Below are positions 56,400 through 64,000 of a stretch of DNA of 64,000 nucleotides, piece by piece. A model generated the notes under the pieces. That model was not told the origin of the DNA. It searched no databases and saw nothing but the letters and a program-made list of their open reading frames with translations. Positions within the stretch are counted from its first letter, which is position 1. Every line of letters begins with the position of its first letter. Position numbers and translations under genes: made by a program. The stretch is from the IMG/VR virus record IMGVR_UViG_3300022555_000032, positions 21,428 to 85,427 of that record. One strand, given 5' to 3'. Source of the DNA: a virus. Lineage: Duplodnaviria > Caudoviricetes.

Positions 56400-58052
56400 A
56401 TGGCAGACTTAATTGGAGGTTTAATTGGTGGTGGATCAACACTTGCTGGTCTTGGAGCAGACTGGTTACTTAATAAATATGGATTCTCTTGGCAAGGTGC
56501 TAGATCTCGACAGATTATAGGAGGGAACATGGATGCTGGTAATGATAGTAAGAAGTTTACTTCATTAACTCCTACAATGATTTCTCCAGATATGTTGGCA
56601 CCAAATAGTCAGTATGCAGGTCTAAAGGGAGCTGCTATGACTCAGGGAGCATTTGGAAGTGTATGGGGTAGTGGTGCAGATTATAAGAAACCAGATAAAG
56701 GACAGAAACCATTATCTAATAATACGAGCAATCCATTTAATTATAATTGGCCTGGAACTAATCCTAATACATTACCAAATAAGGTATCTGCTTCTAAATT
56801 AAGTGGCGGTGAAGGATATAATCCTATTAATTATAATGTTGACCAAAATCAATTAGGAACATTAGGAACTTCAGTTATACCACCTCTTGGTTCTGATCAA
56901 GGAACTCAAATCGTATTAGGTGCCAAAGATGGAGTCAAAGAAGATGATCGTCCAGTAATGAAAGTAATCAATTATAAGAAAATAGGTGATGAAAAGAAAA
57001 AGGATAAGACTGATAAAATATCTATCAAAGTAAACGGTAAGGATGTGATGGCGTCTAATGGAGAAATCCTTGCAGACCTTAAGGATCATCTTGGCAATAC
57101 TACCCAGGCAGTCTTCAATACAGACCAGTGGAACGACTATCTCAACGGAAAGGATATAAACCATATCTTATCAGAGATGCCTTCTCTTGGCGAAGCTAAT
57201 AAGGCTAAAGACGGTATTATTGATCTTAATCTTACTTCTGGATTATCAAAGAGAATCAATCAGGACTTATCTAAGAAATTATTTGGAACTCCATTACAAG
57301 TAAGAAACTTACCTTCTTCTCATTTCCATAATATTCCAAATACTGTTATTAAAAACAATGAGATTATTCCAGGCGCAACAGGAGTATCTAAATTAACAGA
57401 GGACCAGGAATATCTTAAAGCGCTAAAAGAGAATCATGATACTACAAATGAAGCCAACTTTGCAAGGACGATAGCAAGTATGGGAAGTTCCATAGGTGGT
57501 ATTGTTTATAATAGTACGCATGAGAACAAGTATGACCCTACATACACTCCTAATGTTCCAGTAAGAAGAGTTGCTATTCATGAACCAGCAATGAATGAAG
57601 CGACTAATAATATTAAAGATTCATTTGTTACTACATTACGATATGCAATGGAGACTGGACAGGATCATCTCATTCCGGCTATCTATGCAGGTGCTAATAA
57701 AGCCTTTGCTCAATTAGGAGAACAGAAGTATAACCAACATCTTGCTGCAGAGAGCGAATCATCAAAGATCAATGCTTCATTAGCTGAAGGATCTGACAGA
57801 ACTAATGCTGGTATAAATACAGAGAACAATGCCCGTAATCAAGAGTTGAAAAAGTTAATATCACAACTGGATAACGAAAAGGATCAAAAGACTATTCAGA
57901 TGTTCTCAGATATTGGTAATGCCGGAACCATGTATAAGAAAAGCAAATCCGATACCGATCTTCAATATATCATGGCTAAACATCAGTTGTCAGATAACAA
58001 CATGGCCCAGATAGCACAAATGATTCATAACGCACTATATTCACAGGGTTAA
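56400..58052 (+). CDS. Internal (ejected) cargo protein
   Basis: Gly-rich hydrophobic N-terminus, AKDG motifs, follows muzzle. Confidence 0.6.
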   Translation: MADLIGGLIGGGSTLAGLGADWLLNKYGFSWQGARSRQIIGGNMDAGNDSKKFTSLTPTMISPDMLAPNSQYAGLKGAAMTQGAFGSVWGSGADYKKPDKGQKPLSNNTSNPFNYNWPGTNPNTLPNKVSASKLSGGEGYNPINYNVDQNQLGTLGTSVIPPLGSDQGTQIVLGAKDGVKEDDRPVMKVINYKKIGDEKKKDKTDKISIKVNGKDVMASNGEILADLKDHLGNTTQAVFNTDQWNDYLNGKDINHILSEMPSLGEANKAKDGIIDLNLTSGLSKRINQDLSKKLFGTPLQVRNLPSSHFHNIPNTVIKNNEIIPGATGVSKLTEDQEYLKALKENHDTTNEANFARTIASMGSSIGGIVYNSTHENKYDPTYTPNVPVRRVAIHEPAMNEATNNIKDSFVTTLRYAMETGQDHLIPAIYAGANKAFAQLGEQKYNQHLAAESESSKINASLAEGSDRTNAGINTENNARNQELKKLISQLDNEKDQKTIQMFSDIGNAGTMYKKSKSDTDLQYIMAKHQLSDNNMAQIAQMIHNALYSQG

Positions 58053-58064
58053 ACCTAATTACAT

Positions 58065-60542
58065 ATGGCAGATTATTCATCGGGAGTCTATGTGAAACCA
58101 CTAGACTTATTTTCATTTCAGTTCGGAGGTGGTCAGATGGCTTCTTCTAACAATGGTGTTGCCAGGGCAAAAGGATCTTCTGAAAAAGAAAAGGAAGATA
58201 AGTTTGATGCCCTTCAGACCATGGAACAGGAATTACGCAATAGAGACCTTGTAATCGATTATAGCAAGCAAGCTTTATCAATGCAGGCTATGAATGAGAT
58301 CAGGTCAGGTAAGGCTCCTATGGAAGTCCTAAACCAAGTTTATACAGCGAATCTATCTCTTCTTCAAGCAAAGAACAATAATACCGCACTTGCCAATGCA
58401 GAAAAGACAAAGAAAGCAAATTCTATAAAATGGAATGATGAAGTTGTTACAAAGAGAGCTGAAGGAAATTATGTCTTACAGAATGATGGAGATGTAATGA
58501 GGCCAGTTAATGATCCTCTATCAAAGCAAAGGCTTACCTATGGTAATTACTTTTCATTTGCTAATGCTCTTCATCTAGGTAACAATCCTGAAGAATTTGG
58601 TCGTTATGATGTCTCAGACGAGAACGGAATGCCAGTAGTAGATAAGGACCAGAATGGAAACTTAAGGCAACGTACAGCTCCATGGACTATGCAACTGCCT
58701 ATTATTTATGATAATAGTTCATTCCAAACCAATCTTTCATCAACCATAAAGGAATATGCTTCTTATACTAATGAAACAGGAAGTAAAATTGAGAATCTAT
58801 CTAAAGAACATATTGATACTCTTACCGGAATGGTACTTACGCCTACAACCGAATTTAGTAAGAAGACTAATCAACCAGCTTTTACAGATTTTGTTGATAG
58901 GATAGTAAGTAGAGTTGAAGCTGATCCCGAACTAAGACATAGCGCCTGGAACCAGTTCTATCAAGTAGTTGATAATAGAGGATCCATCATTGGAATGGTT
59001 AACAAGACAGATGATAAAGGAAATCTGATATTAGGTAAGGATAAGAAACCTATACTGGAAAAGGCAAGGATAAGCATTGTTGACTATGAGAAAATGAGAT
59101 CATTAAGAGAGCAGATGGCACAAGCACAGAAAGATGGTAATCAAGATGCTTATGCTAAGGCCAGCCAAGCCGAACACACTCTTATTAAGGATTCCTTCAG
59201 ACACTATATGACCGCCAGGATAGTACAGGATCTTAATCCGGCTATACAGATCACTACTAAAAATTCATTAACCTATGATAAGATAGGGAAAATTGATAAT
59301 GGAAATGGTGGCGGGGGTAAAGGTCCATATGCTTCATTTACTGGAGATGTAAGATCAGGAAGGTACAAAGACTGGAATCTTAGTATAGGAGAAAAGGTCG
59401 ATCTTAATTATAAGGATGCTAATGGAAGACAGGTTCAAATAAATGAACCAAGTTCAAAGATTATCGATCCTCAGAACTTCTCAACTAAGTCAGATTATGA
59501 ACAAGCTAGAAGATCAATCTTTCAGAATCAAGAAATTAATGCTGGTACATGGAAGGTTCCTCAGCAAAAAGTACAGGATTTAAGAAGTGATCTCTGGAAG
59601 GTATTTACAAAAGAGTTTCCTAAAGATGCTCAGAGCATGATTGGATTAGCAACTCCTGATAGAGATGCAGCAGTCATTAAGTACAATAACTTCATGGCTG
59701 ATAAGATTGACGAGTATCTTTTTAATACCGCTAATGGTACTACAAAAGAACTTCTTGTTCCTTCATTAAAAGGAAAATATGGAGATAACCAAACAATATC
59801 TAAAGAAGATGTTTCTTCTGGTAATTATCGTCCATGGCCATGGAAGGATGTCTCCGGTTATCAACAACCATTTCCTAAGTATAGCGAGATTGTTCAAGAT
59901 AGGTCTCCTAATGGATTAAAGGATAATGTTTACTTACGAAGGATGCCAATCATTCCTTATTTTGGTGATGAACAAACAAAGACTTCTGCATTTGGAGCCG
60001 AATTACAATCTATGCAAAATGTTAAAATAGGAAACAATTGGGTTAACGTAGGATCATTAATGAAGGTTGATGGTAAGAAACCAGTTATCACTAATCTTAG
60101 TTATATATCTCCTGAAGGTTATGATGAAAATAGAAACATCACAAATATCTCCGAAGGCAAATTGATGTTATCTAAAAATCAAGCAAAAACAATAATGGTT
60201 ACTATTGATGATAAACAAAAACCAATAACTGACTTAAGTGATGACGAATTAGCTAAACTTCAAATTAATACAACTACGTATAAGTTAACTAGAGAGACAA
60301 TGAAAAGTCTTAAACCTTCCTCAGAAGCAAGTATGCATGCTCAAGGATGGAATGATGGCGAAACAGTATATCAGGTTCCCTTTGCTATTAACTCAGATCA
60401 TTTTGTTCAGTATGATGCTTATCATATGGACGAAGAAACAAAAATGGATAACCTTAAAATTGATCAAGCAAATAGACCGAATTCAACTGATGGATATAAG
60501 GTTAATGAAGATATGTGGAAATACGTACATCCAATTAAATAA
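58065..60542 (+). CDS. Internal (ejected) cargo protein
   Basis: 825 aa helical protein in cargo block. Confidence 0.6.
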   Translation: MADYSSGVYVKPLDLFSFQFGGGQMASSNNGVARAKGSSEKEKEDKFDALQTMEQELRNRDLVIDYSKQALSMQAMNEIRSGKAPMEVLNQVYTANLSLLQAKNNNTALANAEKTKKANSIKWNDEVVTKRAEGNYVLQNDGDVMRPVNDPLSKQRLTYGNYFSFANALHLGNNPEEFGRYDVSDENGMPVVDKDQNGNLRQRTAPWTMQLPIIYDNSSFQTNLSSTIKEYASYTNETGSKIENLSKEHIDTLTGMVLTPTTEFSKKTNQPAFTDFVDRIVSRVEADPELRHSAWNQFYQVVDNRGSIIGMVNKTDDKGNLILGKDKKPILEKARISIVDYEKMRSLREQMAQAQKDGNQDAYAKASQAEHTLIKDSFRHYMTARIVQDLNPAIQITTKNSLTYDKIGKIDNGNGGGGKGPYASFTGDVRSGRYKDWNLSIGEKVDLNYKDANGRQVQINEPSSKIIDPQNFSTKSDYEQARRSIFQNQEINAGTWKVPQQKVQDLRSDLWKVFTKEFPKDAQSMIGLATPDRDAAVIKYNNFMADKIDEYLFNTANGTTKELLVPSLKGKYGDNQTISKEDVSSGNYRPWPWKDVSGYQQPFPKYSEIVQDRSPNGLKDNVYLRRMPIIPYFGDEQTKTSAFGAELQSMQNVKIGNNWVNVGSLMKVDGKKPVITNLSYISPEGYDENRNITNISEGKLMLSKNQAKTIMVTIDDKQKPITDLSDDELAKLQINTTTYKLTRETMKSLKPSSEASMHAQGWNDGETVYQVPFAINSDHFVQYDAYHMDEETKMDNLKIDQANRPNSTDGYKVNEDMWKYVHPIK

Positions 60543-60548
60543 CTATAG

Positions 60549-63500
60549 ATGGACCAGTTAGCAAATTCAGTTCCGAATACAGACAATCGGTTTAATATTA
60601 GTGATGCTCTTTTAGATGGAAAGAGTATGAGTGAAATTAAAAGTTTCGTTCAAGGTACTAATGTTCCAACAATCTTTGATAGTCCAGAGAAATTTAAAGA
60701 AAAATACCCTACTCTTCCGGCTGAAGCTTATAGTGGATTGATCAATAAGTATCATCAAGATGTTGCTACTGATGTTGTAAACAAACAACAGGCAGGAGAA
60801 TTCTCTCCTACTAATGCCTTAATGGATTATAGTAAATGGCAATTAGCACCTACCAAGGCTAACATTGATCGTGGTTATAAGACCTATGCTCCTACTCCTT
60901 CTGAAAGTGCATTTAGAACAGCACAGATCGAAGTAGAGACTCCTGGTGGTGGTTCATTACAACAGTATACTCCTAATGAAGTAGCAAGCAAGAATGACTT
61001 CTTCATGGATAAGTTTGGTAAGATCCAACCTATTTCCTTAATGGATAAGTTGACTACCAATCCGGTCCAATTCGAAATGACTCCTGATGGAAATGGAGCA
61101 TATTGGAAAGAGATAGGAGACGATCAATATCTTGATCCTACCAAGATGAAATCATGGATGGGAGATGCTACAGTACATACAGGGAATGTTCTTACTTCTA
61201 TCCCAAGAGGTTTATGGAGTGGTGGAGTTCCATTGATACTTAAAGGTACAGGTGCTATATTCAGTTTAGCTAATACTGCTTATTCTGATATAACAAACTT
61301 CAATGACATGATTACCCCAGGTGCCTATGTCAAACCTGAGAAGACGTGGATGTATTATTCGTCTCGATGGCTAAGTAATACCGGATCTCAAATGACAAAA
61401 ATGAACCTTGACGAACAGCAAGGTTTGTTTAGTAATTGGGCGAACACACTTTATAATGTCAGTAATGGTATTACCCAGATAGTAGGAACTATGCTTCCGT
61501 CTACTGCAATAGGTGGTCTGTTAGCTAAAGTAGGTGCTACTGCAACCTGGGCCGAAAGAGGTGGTGAAGTTGCTGGTATACTTGCAGGTGCTAGTCAATC
61601 AAATGCAATGATGCAAGATCAGTTAAGAACGCAAAACTTTGATGAAGAGGATGTTCAAAGATTTGGTGCTTTATACATGATACCTACTATTTTATCTGAA
61701 TCAGTTCCATGGGCTAGATTGCCAATTATCAAAAGCGCTAAACTTGGAGTTAAGTGGGCCGGTAAGATGGAGGCCAGAGAAGGTGCCGAGTTAATTAATA
61801 GTCCTGTAGGTGCAGTATTAAATGATGTAGCAAAGGATCAATCTGGAATAAGAAAGATAGTCTCTAAAGCATTAAACTTTACTCAAACACCACAATTCAA
61901 AAGCCAACTTAAAGAAACACTTGCTGCAGGTTTATTCGAAGGTCTTGAAGAGTTTCCAGTCGAATCCACTATGCAAGGATGGGTAAGTGATATCCATAAT
62001 GCAACTAATCAAGTTTGGGCTAAGAATTATAATGAAATGTCTAATGGATGGTCTATCGATGCTAATCCGGATGGTATAGCACAAGGTAAACCATTTAAGC
62101 TTATTGATAGTAAAGGTAATTCTAAACCTATCTCGGAAAGCGAAATGGCAACTATCAATGCCGATAAAAAAAGAGCTGATGATATCCTTACTGGTAAACT
62201 AGTAGATGATCAGTGGACTGGTAACGATTGGAGACAATCTTTAGTGGCTACGTTATCTACTTTTGCTTCCATGGGTATTATGAGTGGAGTAGGTTCTATG
62301 ATCACACGTAAGAATACCTTATCACAACAGAATAGATTAGCCGGTGTTGGTATTGATATTGCCCTTGGAAATCAGAAGAGGGAGACTATGGTTAATGTTT
62401 TCAATGAACTTGACAGTAAACATGGATACTGGGGAAGTCACGATGTTGATATCAATGGTAAGCCTAAGACAGATGATAATCCAGACTTTGTATCTCAGGC
62501 AGACTACTGGAAAGGAGTTGCTTTACAGACTATCGATTCTTATACTCAGATAGCAAAGGACTATAAGCTTACTTCTCCACAGGTAATGACCGCATTAAAT
62601 GTTGGAAAGCAAGGTCAGGATAATAGGGATCTTATGAGTCAGGCAACAGTTATTGCTAAGAGTATAGAGTTCTTAAAGTCAAAGGTTGATGATAAAGGTG
62701 GTCCGGTACAGATAACAGAACAGGAACGTAATGAGAATGACTTATTTCATTTCTGGGATAACGATGGCAAGAAGTCAAAACAGATTAGCCAGGAAGACAT
62801 AAATAAGACGATTACAGATAGGCAAGCCGAATTACAGCAGTATATTACTCCAAAGGATACAAAGTTCATTGGAAACGATGGTAAGGAGCATACAGCACAG
62901 TTTAGTCCTAAGTATACTGAGAAGTTCTTAAACATGAACTATGCCCTTGAACAGATCAGGGGAGCAGCAGAGAAGAACGCTGTTGATAAGGTTGGACTAC
63001 AGACAGATCCTAAGAACAAGAAGTTATCAGATAAAAAGTACCAGGATAAGTACCAAAAGGAATATGATAAACAGATTCAAAACCTTTACAAGTCTGGTAT
63101 TACTCTTCCGTTCGAAGGTAAGAGTAAATTCTTTCCCGCAGTATCAATCTTTGCTATGGACAATTCTTCTTTCAGTGAAGAGTTCGATGCCAGGACTGCA
63201 GACTTTACAAACGCACTTACAAGTTATGTAGATAAGCAGAATAAAGAGATTAATGATCATAAACCTATTGAAGAAGGAATATGGAATAACTCAGTTTCAA
63301 GAATGACTCAGCTGGCTAATGATATAGCCGGATACTTCCATAATCATAAAAGAGAAGGTCTAGCTAATTTCAATGTAAGATCAGTATCAGAGTCAGGTAT
63401 CGATAAGATGATGGGAGAATACAATCAACTTAAAGATGCATTAGAGGGAGACTTAAGAAACAACCAGGATAAGACTCAAAGAGATCAACGTCTTGAACAA

Positions 63501-64000
63501 TATACTAAAGCCAATCTTAATCATCAGTCTTTATTTGACGATGAAGTTACTCCTGTAGCTGATCAGATGGATAAGGCTATAGAAGACGTTACAACAGATG
63601 AAGATGTTACTCTTGATGCAAATGATGATGCTAGCGCTGGCCGTTCCAATAGACTCCTTAATGATGTTAGGAAGCCATTAACTCCTAACACTACTCATAG
63701 GACACCTATCACAGTTGAATCCTTAAGTAACGAACAAAAACTTGAGGCTATTAAGACTATGCTTGATGATATTCGGTCTACTGATGGATCAGTATCATTC
63801 GGAGAGATCTTAAATCATCTTATCGGATTAGCAAATAATCCTGCAGGTGTGATTAGTAATACTGCAATGGCCCAAGATATTATCAATATGCTTGAGAATA
63901 CATTTGGAGAGAAAGGAAAACTCACTAACTGGATGGAAGCTAATCTTGGATTCATTCAAAAGAAGGTTGAAAACAGTGATGAAACAAAAGAGCATTCTCC
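60549..64000 (+). CDS. Giant cargo protein, N-terminal ~1150 aa (runs off window; not in ORF track)
   Basis: ATG at 60549; frame spot-checked open at 61503 (TAIGGLLAKVG), 61923 (AAGLFEGLEEFP) and the window end. Confidence 0.8.
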   Translation, partial: MDQLANSVPNTDNRFNISDALLDGKSMSEIKSFVQGTNVPTIFDSPEKFKEKYPTLPAEAYSGLINKYHQDVATDVVNKQQAGEFSPTNALMDYSKWQLAPTKANIDRGYKTYAPTPSESAFRTAQIEVETPGGGSLQQYTPNEVASKNDFFMDKFGKIQPISLMDKLTTNPVQFEMTPDGNGAYWKEIGDDQYLDPTKMKSWMGDATVHTGNVLTSIPRGLWSGGVPLILKGTGAIFSLANTAYSDITNFNDMITPGAYVKPEKTWMYYSSRWLSNTGSQMTKMNLDEQQGLFSNWANTLYNVSNGITQIVGTMLPSTAIGGLLAKVGATATWAERGGEVAGILAGASQSNAMMQDQLRTQNFDEEDVQRFGALYMIPTILSESVPWARLPIIKSAKLGVKWAGKMEAREGAELINSPVGAVLNDVAKDQSGIRKIVSKALNFTQTPQFKSQLKETLAAGLFEGLEEFPVESTMQGWVSDIHNATNQVWAKNYNEMSNGWSIDANPDGIAQGKPFKLIDSKGNSKPISESEMATINADKKRADDILTGKLVDDQWTGNDWRQSLVATLSTFASMGIMSGVGSMITRKNTLSQQNRLAGVGIDIALGNQKRETMVNVFNELDSKHGYWGSHDVDINGKPKTDDNPDFVSQADYWKGVALQTIDSYTQIAKDYKLTSPQVMTALNVGKQGQDNRDLMSQATVIAKSIEFLKSKVDDKGGPVQITEQERNENDLFHFWDNDGKKSKQISQEDINKTITDRQAELQQYITPKDTKFIGNDGKEHTAQFSPKYTEKFLNMNYALEQIRGAAEKNAVDKVGLQTDPKNKKLSDKKYQDKYQKEYDKQIQNLYKSGITLPFEGKSKFFPAVSIFAMDNSSFSEEFDARTADFTNALTSYVDKQNKEINDHKPIEEGIWNNSVSRMTQLANDIAGYFHNHKREGLANFNVRSVSESGIDKMMGEYNQLKDALEGDLRNNQDKTQRDQRLEQYTKANLNHQSLFDDEVTPVADQMDKAIEDVTTDEDVTLDANDDASAGRSNRLLNDVRKPLTPNTTHRTPITVESLSNEQKLEAIKTMLDDIRSTDGSVSFGEILNHLIGLANNPAGVISNTAMAQDIINMLENTFGEKGKLTNWMEANLGFIQKKVENSDETKEHS

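Noticed and set aside
1605-63231. Numerous short antisense or alternate-frame ORFs in the track (e.g. 3294, 6090, 8639, 26603, 27801, 39840, 50874, 62941)
   Set aside because: Shadow ORFs inside longer, better-supported genes
1-64000. Stop-codon reassignment (common in crAss-like phages)
   Set aside because: Long genes are intact in code 11; TAG (e.g. 25354, 31253) and TGA (ATGA overlaps) both act as real stops
1-64000. CRISPR array, DGR/reverse transcriptase, integrase, IS elements
   Set aside because: No regularly spaced repeats, RT motifs, TR/VR pair, recombinase or transposase seen by eye

Overview
64 kb segment of a divergent crAss-like (Crassvirales-type) lytic phage of a Bacteroidetes host, standard genetic code. 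Left arm (1-24.2 kb, minus strand): small early/accessory genes, recombination/replication genes (DUF932-like, PD-(D/E)XK nuclease, SMC-like ATPase, DnaB) and candidate anti-host genes (R-S-ExE ADP-ribosyltransferase, RadC+KTSC, Pol-beta nucleotidyltransferase, PcfJ/PcfK-AcrIIA9-like, Dps, lipoproteins). A mostly non-coding 20.9-24.4 kb zone holds several minus-strand RNA structures, including a 173-nt element with exact tRNA acceptor/T-arm geometry but an expanded interior, plus G-quadruplex-like tracts on opposite strands at the strand switch. Right arm (24.4-64 kb, plus strand): HNH, Tad2-like DUF2829, three fibre/RBP-like genes with Bacteroidetes signal peptides, lysis cassette, TerS, intein-containing TerL, portal, scaffold, major capsid, ring/muzzle tail proteins and large cargo proteins, the last running off the window. 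All family calls are from motif recognition and synteny by eye; no database search or folding program was run.
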